A stretch of 64,000 nt of DNA from Bacteroidales bacterium. GTDB lineage: Bacteria; Bacteroidota; Bacteroidia; Bacteroidales; SZUA-534. The stretch's first letter is position 1, and every line of letters begins with the position of its first letter. The stretch lies in assembly GCA_046704385.1 (NCBI GenBank), contig JBJKSB010000088.1:6931-70930 (forward strand). Direction: 5' to 3'. Shown in pieces: positions 20,106-31,000 of this stretch. Under the pieces are notes generated by a model, which saw only the letters and a program-made list of their open reading frames with translations, was not told the DNA's origin and ran no database searches. A program made the position numbers and the translations under genes.

Positions 20106-21005
20106 TCAATTCTTTTGGGCTATGCGCAGTTTTGCACTACGGGCCCGGTTGTTTCTTTTAATCTCGTCATCGTCGGGGACAATTATTTTTCGGTTTACCA
20201 GTGAAAAAGGCACCTCGTAATTTCCATAAAGATCTTTTTCGGGTTCACCTTCAAACATCCCGTTTTTCAGGTAATTTTTTACCAACCTGTCTTCAAGCGA
20301 ATGGTAAGTGATTACCACCAACCTGCCTCCGGGTTTTATTACATCGGCTGTCTGCAACAGCATTTCCTTAAGCGCTTCCATTTCCTGGTTTACTTCAATG
20401 CGCAAGGCCTGGAATACCTGTGCCAGTATTTTTGACTGATTTTTAGGTGGCAACACAGGTTCCAGCAATTCCTTAAACTGCTCCACTGTTTCAATTTTTT
20501 TCTTTTTCCTGTAACGATCAATAAACCCGGCAATACGCCCACCTTCCCTTAACTCGCCATAATTTTTGAAAATGCTTTTTAAAGCATCCACTTCATATTC
20601 GTTAAGTACCTTTTCAGCCGTTAGCGCTGCTGATTGGTTCATCCGCATGTCGAGCCCGGCGTTAAACCGGAATGAAAACCCACGTTCTTCGTCATCAAAA
20701 TGATGGCTTGAAACTCCAAGATCGGCCATTAAGCCGTCAACTTTATCAATTTTATGGTAGCGCAGATAATTACGGAGAAAACGGAAATTACCTTGCACCA
20801 TAATCAGATTTTTATTGTTGGGTTTGTTGGCAATAGCTTCGGCATCCTGATCAAATGCCACAAGTTTTCCCTTTTTAAGTTTTTCCAGGATTGCTTTTGA
20901 ATGCCCGCCTCCACCAAAAGTACAATCGACATAAATCCCGTTGGGATTAATAGACAGTCCGTTAATGCATTCCTCTAACAAAACCGGCACATGATAATCT
21001 TCCAT
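20106..21005 (-). CDS. rsmH: 16S rRNA (cytosine1402-N4)-methyltransferase
   Basis: YHVPVLL, DCTFGGGGHS, DLGVSS, LDMRM, FQALRIEVN, YHSLEDR, RARSAKLR. Confidence 0.98.
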   Translation of the reverse strand: MEDYHVPVLLEECINGLSINPNGIYVDCTFGGGGHSKAILEKLKKGKLVAFDQDAEAIANKPNNKNLIMVQGNFRFLRNYLRYHKIDKVDGLMADLGVSSHHFDDEERGFSFRFNAGLDMRMNQSAALTAEKVLNEYEVDALKSIFKNYGELREGGRIAGFIDRYRKKKKIETVEQFKELLEPVLPPKNQSKILAQVFQALRIEVNQEMEALKEMLLQTADVIKPGGRLVVITYHSLEDRLVKNYLKNGMFEGEPEKDLYGNYEVPFSLVNRKIIVPDDDEIKRNNRARSAKLRIAQKN

Positions 21006-21007
21006 AA

Positions 21008-21469
21008 TCAATCCCCCTGATTCTGCAAGCCATCCATGATTTTTTCAGCAAGGCTGGCAAATTCGTTTTCATCTTCTTCCAGACCATCATAAGCCTCTTT
21101 GGTCCACACTTCAATTTTGGAATCCTGGCCAGAGAGTACAATTTCTTTATCGGCACCAATTAAATCGAGTAAGCGTTTGGGGATGAGCATACGGCTGCTG
21201 GCATCGAGAATAATTTCAGCCGTACCACGTGAGAATCCGCGCACAAAGCGGTTATGTTCTTTATTAAAGGGGTTGGTAACTGATCGTATCAGTTGGTTTT
21301 GGCGCTCCCACTCGTCGTTGGTATACAGTACTAAACAGTTTTCAAACAGATCCTTTTTTATGACAAAACGGTCCGACTCACTTTTTAGCTGCTTTTTCAA
21401 TGCAGCCGGAAAGAGAATCCGCCCTTTGCTATCAAGCTTACAAGTATGATCACCGATAAAGTATGCCAT
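21008..21469 (-). CDS. mraZ: Division/cell wall cluster repressor MraZ
   Basis: Two DxxxR motifs (LDSKGRI, LDASSRM); first gene of the dcw cluster. Confidence 0.95.
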   Translation of the reverse strand: MAYFIGDHTCKLDSKGRILFPAALKKQLKSESDRFVIKKDLFENCLVLYTNDEWERQNQLIRSVTNPFNKEHNRFVRGFSRGTAEIILDASSRMLIPKRLLDLIGADKEIVLSGQDSKIEVWTKEAYDGLEEDENEFASLAEKIMDGLQNQGD

Positions 21470-21542
21470 AATTCGTGTATCTGTTTAGTACCCAAATTGA
21501 AGGATTACAGACTACAACTCGGGTATTAACTTACAAAGTAAG

Positions 21543-21587
21543 AACTTTTTTGACACTTTTTCCCACTTGTCTACACTTTTTTACACC
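21543..21587 (-). promoter_or_regulatory. MraZ operator (GTG boxes with 10-bp period)
   Basis: CAC at 21554, 21564, 21574 and 21584 on + (GTG on -), upstream of mraZ; matches known MraZ direct-repeat architecture. Confidence 0.7.
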
Positions 21588-21813
21588 GAATGTTAATAAG
21601 TCCCCCTAAAACTCAATAGACAGTGCTTATTATAATCATAAGTAGTTGTACTTGTTTGAATAATAAATCTACCTGCATTTAAGAACAGGATTGAATTCAA
21701 GTACATAATGCATTCATTATATATTAAATAGAAAACTTATAGAGAGGGAAAAAGGGAGTTGGTGTTATGTTAAATTTGGTGTTAGTTTCTTGGCTTTCTG
21801 GCACAATAAAATT

Positions 21814-21845
21814 AAAAAAGCCCACCTGAATTCAGATGGACTTTT
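21814..21845 (-). terminator. Intrinsic terminator ending the leftward PUL operon
   Basis: Minus strand GTCCATCTGAATTCAGGTGGGC hairpin followed by TTTTTT. Confidence 0.7.
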
Positions 21846-21882
21846 ATTATGAAAAAACTATTAACTATCGGATCAGAAATAT

Positions 21883-22707
21883 TTACATGATAATAATTTT
21901 CCTGCTCTCGATTTTTGAATTACTCTCTATGGTAATAAAGTAAATCCCTTTTGGATATTGAGTTAGGTCGATCCTGCTATTAATTGCCGCTTCATTTTTC
22001 GAATAAATAATTTTACCAGCTTCGTTGTAAACATTAAGCTTTACAACTCCCTGGTTTTCCTGATCATTCCGAATATTGAAAATACCGGTGGATGGATTAG
22101 GATAAATATCAAAATCAGTAGCTGCCTCAGTCATTTTTACTCCGTTTGGTTCCGGTGCTGATATGGTAATAGACTTCTCAACGAGAACTCCATATGGATC
22201 TCTTGCATGATCAGTTTTTGCGTTTTTGTCACCAATCACATATTTTAAATCGAAGGTACCCACCTGGTCATCGGTATTAATAGTGATAGTAAATTTTAAA
22301 CTGTCGAACATTTGCATATTTACTATAGCGCTACCTCCCCACCAATAATAATTATCCGGTGCCGGAATAGAATCTTCCAGTTGTGGAACATACCAATCGT
22401 TCTTAACAATATAACCATCGTAGTTATATTGTGCTGAATCAGCGGTTTTAAAATAATGAATGGAATCATTCACAGTCCAGCCATTTGGGATCAATATACC
22501 CAGCATGGCAGTATCAGTAAGGGCCACGCTATCACCTGTATAATCACCACCGTCCTGTTGTTTTAAACCAATAGTAACATCAAAAGAACTGTTTGTTTCC
22601 GCAGCATCGGGGTGTATAATATAGTTCAGTTGATAACATCCTGCCATTAACAACAAAAGGCTAAAGATGGCAAGCTTGCTTTTTTTAAATGTAAAGATTT
22701 TTTTCAT
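21883..22707 (-). CDS. T9SS type A sorting-domain protein with DUF4961-like N-terminus
   Basis: C-terminal IYPNPSTG...LTQYPKGIYFITI; LGILIPNGW resembles VAVLMPKGW of 31179..32174; lipobox-like MAGC. Confidence 0.75.
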   Translation of the reverse strand: MKKIFTFKKSKLAIFSLLLLMAGCYQLNYIIHPDAAETNSSFDVTIGLKQQDGGDYTGDSVALTDTAMLGILIPNGWTVNDSIHYFKTADSAQYNYDGYIVKNDWYVPQLEDSIPAPDNYYWWGGSAIVNMQMFDSLKFTITINTDDQVGTFDLKYVIGDKNAKTDHARDPYGVLVEKSITISAPEPNGVKMTEAATDFDIYPNPSTGIFNIRNDQENQGVVKLNVYNEAGKIIYSKNEAAINSRIDLTQYPKGIYFITIESNSKIESRKIIIM

Positions 22708-22755
22708 TTTAGTTTGTTTTAGATGTTTATTTAAAATTATTTGACTTCAAAATCA

Positions 22756-23892
22756 CTACTGCCAATTGCTGATCCATACAAAATATGGACGATATTTGTC
22801 TGCATCATCATATACAGCCTGAATATTGTCAGCATTGACATCGTATGATAGCAACAATTTTCCACCCCCCACATCAATAAATTCAGGATGTGCTTTTGCA
22901 TCATAACTCCATGTACCATCTCCATGGCTCGGAGTTTCATAAATAAGGAGTTTGTCAGTCCAGGGTCCAACCGGAGAAGTTGATTTGTAACGATAAATTT
23001 TATTTGAGAATAGACCAGAACCTTCCTGAGTAACAAGGTAATAGGTTCCGTTGTATTTGAAAACAGTAAACTCCATCGAAACATCGGCCAAAACTCTCGA
23101 GCTGTTGGCATCACTGGTACTCCAACTTGAACCTCCCTCGTAGTAATAATACGTAGCATTATTTGGGAAATCAGCTTTCCAAACACTTGCAACATGCATA
23201 TATTTGTTATCAGCAGTGGGTTCAGCTCCATATATGTACAGATATGGACCATCTTCAAGGACACTGGCACCATAAGCAATTTTATTATTCCAGAAACAAA
23301 TGTTCGTACTTTCAACAGTCAAATCAGGATAAGATAACGTTGCCAGATCAGTCCTTAAAAAGTTAATTCCCCAGGCACCACCTGTTCGATACATGGTGTA
23401 CAAGAAAAGGTATACCTTATTATTTAGATATAATCCATCTTTATACCAATATTCCTGAGTATAATTCGGGTTTGTCTGTTCCGGGCGAACATAAGGAACA
23501 GGGAACGAACCATCCCAATCGTACAATGTGCCGCCATAACTGCCGTCGTTATTCATTATATTGATAGAATTAGACAACATGCCTGTTGGATTTCTCCACC
23601 TCGTAGGGTGACTAGCATCAGGTTGAAATACCGGACCTAAAAAGGTATCGCCATGAAGCCATAAAACTTTACCGTTGGGCAAATCGACGGAGTATGTAAT
23701 ATCGCCACCAGTCCATTCCAAAGGATTACTTCGGGTAAAATAATTATTAAAGAATGCCGCCGTGCTGGCGCTTTTCAGACTACTTCCCATAATTTGAGGT
23801 TGTTCTTTTTCAACTGGTAGAGTCTTTTTGCAAGAGCTAAACAATCCAGCCATAATTGTAATGATAAGCAACTGTAAACCAAATCTTTTCAT
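22756..23892 (-). CDS. DUF5005/DUF4185-like beta-propeller lipoprotein, putative glycoside hydrolase
   Basis: Lipobox FSSC; WTGGDITYSVDLPNGKVLWLHGDTF, SPVGPW, YDAKAHP, YRPYF. Confidence 0.75.
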   Translation of the reverse strand: MKRFGLQLLIITIMAGLFSSCKKTLPVEKEQPQIMGSSLKSASTAAFFNNYFTRSNPLEWTGGDITYSVDLPNGKVLWLHGDTFLGPVFQPDASHPTRWRNPTGMLSNSINIMNNDGSYGGTLYDWDGSFPVPYVRPEQTNPNYTQEYWYKDGLYLNNKVYLFLYTMYRTGGAWGINFLRTDLATLSYPDLTVESTNICFWNNKIAYGASVLEDGPYLYIYGAEPTADNKYMHVASVWKADFPNNATYYYYEGGSSWSTSDANSSRVLADVSMEFTVFKYNGTYYLVTQEGSGLFSNKIYRYKSTSPVGPWTDKLLIYETPSHGDGTWSYDAKAHPEFIDVGGGKLLLSYDVNADNIQAVYDDADKYRPYFVWISNWQ

Positions 23893-24200
23893 AAATAGTG
23901 AATTTTAGGTTATTAAATAATAAACAAAGTGTTTAGCGATAAGCTTCCCATTATCTCCCGTAAACTCAAGAGATTTAACCTTTACTTAAACCTGTTTGTA
24001 AGGGCTACATGATATTTTCCTGTTTTATCCGGATTACCCTGTTTTCGAGCGTAATGGTATAGTATTTTTTGGTGTAAAATACTTGATACAACTTTCCTTC
24101 CTAATCTATTTTAATCGTAGTGTTAATTGGGTCTCCCGCTATATCCAAATCTAATCTGAAAAACTTTTACTTTTTATTACATGATTATTAGTGTGTCGTT

Positions 24201-26486
24201 TTAAAAAATTCCTTTTTCAAATGCTTCCCAATTTTCTTTATCAAAACAATTCTTTGCAGGCTTAGCTGACATTTCAAACTCTAATTCACCTCCATTTAGG
24301 ATGTCCGCATGACTTATCCACATTTTTTTATAGGGTTTACCATTAAGTTTAACCGACTTGATGTATTTCCTATCCTTACCAGCATTCCGGACATTTATTT
24401 TAAAAACATTTCCATTTTCTAACCTTATGTCGGCTGATTCGATCAATGGAGATCCAAACTGGTAAATACCTCCTACCGGATTTAGTGGGTACATGCCCAT
24501 TGCACTCCAGATAAACCACGCCGACATTTGACCGCAATCTTCGTTACCACATAATCCGTCAGGAGTATCGTTATAAGTTTCGGTAACAATTTTATGTACA
24601 ATTCTTTGTGTTTTCCATGGCTCGTTAGCATAATTATACATGTATGCAATATGGTGGCTGGGTTCGTTACCCTGGGCATACTGACCAATTAATCCGGTTA
24701 CATCATACGGAACATTCCCGTACATTTCATTTACTGTAGGATTTAAACCGAACAATGAATCTAACTTAGCAGAAAAGGCCTTGTCTCCTCCATACAGGTG
24801 TATCAAACCAGATACATCATGAGGTACAAACCAACTGTACTGCCATGCATTTCCTTCCGTGTAATCGCCGCCATAACGCATGTATAGTGGATCAAATGGT
24901 TCCTTGAATTTTCCGTTACTTAAACGGGCACGGACAAAATTGGTAGCTGTATCAAATACATTTTTATAATTTGAGGAACGTTTAAAGAAAATATCGCTTT
25001 CCTTATCATTTCCCATTTTTTTGGCCATACAGGCAATGGTCCAGTCATCATAGGCATATTCCAGTGTTTTTGAGGCAGCTTCAATTTCTTTGTCAATAGG
25101 TACATAACCCAACGACTTGTAATATTGTATCCCTTCATAAGGTGTATTTGCAGTTTTTATCATCGCTTCCAGTGCAAGGTTTGCATCAAAGCCTTTAAAA
25201 CCTTTCAAATAAGCATCTGCAATAACAGGTGCAGCGTGATACCCGATCATTGTCCATGTTTCATTAGCCTGCAAAGGCCATATAGGAAGTATTTTATAAG
25301 GATTTTGTTGATAGTGAGCCAGCATGGAATTAATCATATCATCTACCCTGTCGGGATTGATTATGGTAAACAATGGGTTTAAAGCCCTAAAAGTGTCCCA
25401 CAATGAGAAAGTTGTGTAGTTTACAAATGCATTTGATTTATGAATTTGATTATCAACTCCGCGGTACTGCCCGTCAACATCCATATATACGGTTGGAGCC
25501 AACATCGTATGATATAATGCCGAATAAAAAGTGCGCATGGTTTTTTGATCGGCTCTTAGGGTAATTTTTGACAGTTCCTTGTTCCATTTATCGGCAGCCG
25601 CATTTCGTACCTTATCAAAGTCCCATCCAGGTATTTCAGAATTAAGGTTGTTCATAGCTCCGGCTATGCTAACGGCCGATATCCCAACTTTGACCAGCAA
25701 GGTATCCTGGGCATCCATATCAAAATAAAATACAGCTTTAAGGTCGTTACCCGATCCCTGGATTGGATTTTCAATACGGGCACGTTCCTGCCGGTTAAAG
25801 AACTTAGGGTCTTTGAAAGGTTTGGAAAATTTTAATGCAAAATAAATGTATCTTTCAGCAGCCCAACCATGCGAAAGCCGATAGCCGACAATTGTAGAAT
25901 CGTTTTGTATTTGCACAAAAGCCCATTTTGTTTCCCCTTTTTCACTTAAAACTTTATGAGACATATCAAGTACCACATGATTACTGTCTTGCTTATGAAA
26001 AACATAACGATGCATACCGGCCCGTTCTGTTGCCGTTAACTCCACGTCTATATTATAATCTTTTAATAATACTTTGTAATAACCTGGCGAAGCTTTTTCA
26101 TCTTTATGTGAAAAACGTGATCGATAACCCGAGAAAGCTACTTTAGGATCACCCTCATTGATTTTGAGCGCACCCGTTGCCGGCTGCAACATGATATCAC
26201 CCAAATCACCAACACCTGTTCCGCTCAGGTGTGTATGGCTAAAGCCAATTATAGTTGAATCAGAGTAATGGTATCCGCTGCAATCTTTCCATTGTCCATG
26301 ATCGGTATCGGGACTAAGCTGAACCATACCAAATGGAACAGTGGCACCGGGATAGGTGTGTCCGGTTCCATCTGTTCCAATGAAAACATCGACATTTTTA
26401 ATAGGATTATCATCTTTGCCATAAGAAACTGAGCAGTTGACAATAGTGGTTACAACGAGTAATAATATTTTATGATATACCTTCAT
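24201..26486 (-). CDS. GH92 alpha-mannosidase
   Basis: GHTYPGATVPFGMVQLSPDT, FSHTHLSGTG, SLWDTFR, EGNAWQY, GNEPSHH, GNEDCGQMSAW. Confidence 0.95.
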   Translation of the reverse strand: MKVYHKILLLVVTTIVNCSVSYGKDDNPIKNVDVFIGTDGTGHTYPGATVPFGMVQLSPDTDHGQWKDCSGYHYSDSTIIGFSHTHLSGTGVGDLGDIMLQPATGALKINEGDPKVAFSGYRSRFSHKDEKASPGYYKVLLKDYNIDVELTATERAGMHRYVFHKQDSNHVVLDMSHKVLSEKGETKWAFVQIQNDSTIVGYRLSHGWAAERYIYFALKFSKPFKDPKFFNRQERARIENPIQGSGNDLKAVFYFDMDAQDTLLVKVGISAVSIAGAMNNLNSEIPGWDFDKVRNAAADKWNKELSKITLRADQKTMRTFYSALYHTMLAPTVYMDVDGQYRGVDNQIHKSNAFVNYTTFSLWDTFRALNPLFTIINPDRVDDMINSMLAHYQQNPYKILPIWPLQANETWTMIGYHAAPVIADAYLKGFKGFDANLALEAMIKTANTPYEGIQYYKSLGYVPIDKEIEAASKTLEYAYDDWTIACMAKKMGNDKESDIFFKRSSNYKNVFDTATNFVRARLSNGKFKEPFDPLYMRYGGDYTEGNAWQYSWFVPHDVSGLIHLYGGDKAFSAKLDSLFGLNPTVNEMYGNVPYDVTGLIGQYAQGNEPSHHIAYMYNYANEPWKTQRIVHKIVTETYNDTPDGLCGNEDCGQMSAWFIWSAMGMYPLNPVGGIYQFGSPLIESADIRLENGNVFKINVRNAGKDRKYIKSVKLNGKPYKKMWISHADILNGGELEFEMSAKPAKNCFDKENWEAFEKGIF

Positions 26487-26526
26487 TATTTTAAACTGTA
26501 ATTGATTTGGGTAAATAAATTTTATT

Positions 26527-26561
26527 TGACCCGACCAGATGTTATTTTTCCGGTCGGGTCA
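26527..26561. terminator. Hairpin between susD and GH92 (terminator or RNA-stabilising stem)
   Basis: TGACCCGACC / GGTCGGGTCA perfect 10-bp IR; no strong U-tract on the coding strand. Confidence 0.5.
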
Positions 26562-26569
26562 GGGTATGT

Positions 26570-28042
26570 TTAATTGTAGCCAGGGTTTTGTTTAATATCT
26601 GTTGTAGCTGTAATAATTGTCTGATAAGGTATAGGATAAAGATCATGAAATTCCTGAACATTTGCATCAGGTTTAGCACTTTTGACTTTTTCCACGAGTT
26701 TACCCATACGAACAAGATCGAACCAACGTTGTCCTTCAAAACAAAGTTCCCGCATACGTTCATTAAGAATGGCTTCGCGCATGTTTTCCTGGCTAAGTCC
26801 TGATAATGCAGGCAACACGTCAGAGTATGTTCCATCAGCCTGATGCTCAGCCCGTTTCCTTACAGCGTTTATTCCAACATAGCATGAGTCGTTACCCAGT
26901 TCGTTATATGCTTCGCTTTGCATTAAAAGAATTCCGGCGTATCTGTATATCTGAAGATCGTTGTATGTAGCTGATGCATAGGGTTCAGCCTCGCGGTCCC
27001 AATATTTCTGCACATAAGGCAGGAATGTAAGCTCAGTACCATCAGACTTGGTAAATGAAGTAATAAACGTCACCTCTTTTCTTCGGTCTCCTTCAGCGAA
27101 TGAATTGTAGAGTGCATCAGTAGGACGTTCCGTACCAAATGTGTTCATCCCGATATTGGAAGGTAAAAGTCGCAATACCTGATGGCCACCTTCATAGAAT
27201 TTTTCACCGTGCGAAAAATTGATAGAGAAAACCGATTCCTTGCCATTATTGTTTTCAATTTTGAAAACATCGGCAAAATCGTCCCATAATCCGTACTTTC
27301 CAGAATTAATAATTCGGTTCAACTCAGCTAATGATTTTTGATATTGACCCTGCGTCAGGTAAACTTTTCCCAACACTGCTGATGCAGAATAACTGGTTGC
27401 CCTACCTGCATATTCACCAGATCGGGATTCCGGCATTTTTTTACCAAAATTTAAATCGGAAATGATCTGGTTATATACCTCAGCTTTAGGAGTACGAACC
27501 ACATTATCAGCCTCATCGATAGTAGCAGGCAAATGAAGTGTTAAAGGAACATCGCCAAACATTCTTACCAGCTCAAAATAACACAACCCTCTTATGAATC
27601 TGGCTTCAGCCACCAGCTGTGTCCGTAATATAGTATCCATCTCAATTGTTGGAATTTTATCTACCGCAACATTACATACACCAATAGTGCGATAAAAATC
27701 TCTCCACACCTGGTAAATTGGAAAAGGATGTGAATCTTCAGTAAAGTTGGAAATACGCATCAATGATACATCAATTCCACTATGCTGACCTTCGTCTGAA
27801 GCATCAGAAGCCATTATCCAATAGTTTGTAAAATATGCTCCCCCATAGGTTTCGTTGAACGAGCCGCCACCAAGATACTCGTAACAGGCAAAAATTGCAG
27901 CCAACGCATCATCTTGAGTTTTGTAAAAATTGTCAGTTGTTATGGTTGACACAGGTTCGTCATCGAGCAAGTCTTCACATGATGTAAAAACTGCTATTAA
28001 CAAACAGGCTCCGAATATTTTAATCAATTTCATAGTCCTCAT
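26570..28042 (-). CDS. susD: RagB/SusD family lipoprotein
   Basis: Lipobox FTSC, AEARFIRG..YFELVRMFGDVP, ERMRELCFEGQRWFDLVR, QNPGY. Confidence 0.96.
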   Translation of the reverse strand: MRTMKLIKIFGACLLIAVFTSCEDLLDDEPVSTITTDNFYKTQDDALAAIFACYEYLGGGSFNETYGGAYFTNYWIMASDASDEGQHSGIDVSLMRISNFTEDSHPFPIYQVWRDFYRTIGVCNVAVDKIPTIEMDTILRTQLVAEARFIRGLCYFELVRMFGDVPLTLHLPATIDEADNVVRTPKAEVYNQIISDLNFGKKMPESRSGEYAGRATSYSASAVLGKVYLTQGQYQKSLAELNRIINSGKYGLWDDFADVFKIENNNGKESVFSINFSHGEKFYEGGHQVLRLLPSNIGMNTFGTERPTDALYNSFAEGDRRKEVTFITSFTKSDGTELTFLPYVQKYWDREAEPYASATYNDLQIYRYAGILLMQSEAYNELGNDSCYVGINAVRKRAEHQADGTYSDVLPALSGLSQENMREAILNERMRELCFEGQRWFDLVRMGKLVEKVKSAKPDANVQEFHDLYPIPYQTIITATTDIKQNPGYN

Positions 28043-28044
28043 TT

Positions 28045-31000
28045 TTAAAAACTTAGTTTAATTCCAAAATTGTATGCTTTAGCACTTGGATATCCACCGT
28101 AGTCAGCGCCCTGGCTCAGGTTATCATACGGAAAGTGATTCAATTCAGGGTCGTATCCTGAATATTTTGTAAGCGTTAACAGGTTAACAAACGTTGCATA
28201 TAACCGGATAGATTTAATTCCTTTAATGGAAAGCATCTTTTGATCAAATGTATATCCCAACGATACATTTTTTAACCGAATGTACGAACCATCTTCTACA
28301 TAGACATCTGAAAAACCGCTTACATTGTCGTTAATATATCCGACACGTGGGTATTCGTTCGATGGATTACTTTGTGTCCATCGATTTGCAGCAACTTCTC
28401 TTAAATCGTTGCTATTTCCATCAAGGCTCTCAAGGTATAGGCGGTTAAAGTTAGCCACCTTGTTTCCAACCGAACCCTGTATAAATACTGACAGATCAAA
28501 ACCTCTGTAATTAAAATTATTTGTAAAACCAAAGGTAAAATCAGGATTAGCATTTCCTATAATTCTTTTGTCAGCATCAGTTATATTGCCATCGCCATCA
28601 AAGTCCTTATACTTCCTGTCTCCCACTGCCGGTGTATTTCCCGCTATTTTTGGTAAGGTTGCCAGGTTATCTGATTCCTGAACAATTCCATCAGATACAT
28701 AGCCATAAAAAGTTCCAAGTGATTTTCCTTCAAAAACAACCTGCCAATCACCAGCGATAGATGCAACAGAACCGAACTCGTTCTTGATTTCATCATTTCC
28801 TTTCAGGTCGAGCACCTTATTTCTGTTTAAAGAAAAATTAAAGCCCGGTTTCCAGGTAAATACTCCTGCATTCACATCAGCATTAAGTGCAAATTCAAAA
28901 CCCGTATTCTGAAGGTCGCCTATATTTTGAAATGAGTCACCAAAGCCACTTGTTTCATTTACAGGAACATTAAGCAAAAGTCCGGTTGTTTTTTTCTGAT
29001 AAAAATCGGCAGTCAGGTTAAAAATATTATTCAAAAATGTAGCATCAATACCAAGATCAAGCTGGGCTGTAGATTCCCATTTCAGATTCGGATTTGCCAG
29101 TTTATAGAAATCCGGGGCATAGCCTTTTTGTATCGTTTTATCATCAAACAAAACCTCTGTCTGCGTCAGTGTAAACCTGGTTCTATCGGTTGGTATACCC
29201 TCATTTCCGGTAAGGCCGTAACTGGATCTGAATTTCAGGTCATTAAAAAAATTCATACCTGCCATAAAAGGTTCATCTGATACATTCCAGGCAAAAGCGC
29301 CGGACGGGAAGAAACCATATTTATTACCGGGTCCAAATTTAGATGACCCGTCATATCGACCATTAAAAGTGAAAATGTATCGGTTTTTAAGGATATAATT
29401 TACTCTACCGGCAAAAGAACTTAATCCGCTTTTTGAGGTCCACGAACCAGCATTATGCGTTAGTCCGGCACCAATTGAATTAATACCTAACGAAGGATTT
29501 GGAAAATCAATTACGGTTGCCATAAGTCCCTCTTGCCGGTATCCTTGTGCCGATTGTACAAGTAACGCTTCAAACCGGTTATTATCATTAAAGTTTTTAT
29601 TATAATGTAGCATGTTTTCAGTAACCCACGTTAAAGCCTGCACAGTGCTCATTGCAGCATCACCATTACTAGCCTGAGTTTCAACAAGGCCGGGAGGCAC
29701 AAACAGGTTTTCTTTGTTAAAATAAGCATCGGCCGAAAACCTGGTTTTGAATTTTAAACCATCAATTATTTCGTATTCGCCCCAAATATTTGACATCGCC
29801 CTGTTATTAATTCTTTGGTTGGTTGATTGCTCAAGCCATGCCACAGGATTGCCAACATTTTCCATCCGATCGTCTTTATACGTGTAATTACCAGCTGAAT
29901 CTCTGACCGGTAGCATTGGATTAAACCGCAATGCTGTTGTAATGGCACCGTTCTGTAAGAAACCATCGTCTGTAATAGCGCCATTTGATTCAACCCTTGT
30001 AAAATTAGTCGAAGTCCCAATCCTGAATCTCTTACTTACCTGACTTTCCAGGTTTAAACGCACCGCGTATCTTTTGAAGTTTGTTTGAATAATAATACCA
30101 TCCTGATCAAGATACGAAGCTGAAATAGAATAATTGGTTGTTTCATTTCCGCCGTTTGCTGAAAGATTATAATTCATTGTAGGAGCCGCACGTAAAATTT
30201 CTTTCTGCCAGTTTGTTCCTTCACCAATACTATCGAGATTTGTGTACAAAGGAGGTTTATTGGCCATATATTGCGATTCGTTAATTATGGTTGCATATTC
30301 TTTTGCATTCATTACATCCAGCAATTTTATAGGTTCCTGTATACCATAACTGGAATTAAACGTAAGTTGCATAGGCCCTTTTTTGCCTTTTTTGGTCGTA
30401 ATAATAATTACACCGTTCGCACCCCTGGCACCATAAATAGCCGCAGCAGAAGCATCTTTCATAACAGATACCGATTCAATATCATCAGGATTTATGGTAG
30501 AAAGCGGATTAATGCCAGCTCCACGCACCACCCCGGCACTTCCGGCATCGTTAACAATGGGTATACCGTCAATTACATATAAAGGGTCGTTGCTAGCATT
30601 TATAGATGAGTTTCCCCTGATGCGGATAGTAGATTCGCCTCCAGGTTGACCCGATGATTGATTAAAAACCACACCAGCCACACGTCCCTGTAAAACCTGG
30701 TCAACCGAATTTAAAGAAGAATTCTCCATATCTTCGGAACTCACAGAAGCCACCGATCCGGTCAGGTCTCTTTTCTCCACTGTTCCGTAACCAATCACAA
30801 CCACTTGTTCCAACTCTTCGATAGATGGTATTAACGACATGTTAATCTCGGATTTTCCTGCAACAGTTGCCTCTTCAGGCAAATAGCCAATAAAACTGAA
30901 CACCAACGTAGCATTTTCCGGCACAAGAATAGTATAGTTTCCGTCCTTATCGGTAATCGTTCCATTAGTAGTTCCCTTTTCCAAAACATTCACACCGGGT

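Noticed and set aside
5528-21469. murF and ddl missing from the dcw cluster
   Set aside because: Normal for Bacteroidota dcw clusters; not a novelty.
23893-24200. Possible decayed gene between GH92 and the DUF5005/4185 gene
   Set aside because: Short open stretches in shifting frames but no motif I can identify; needs tBLASTx.
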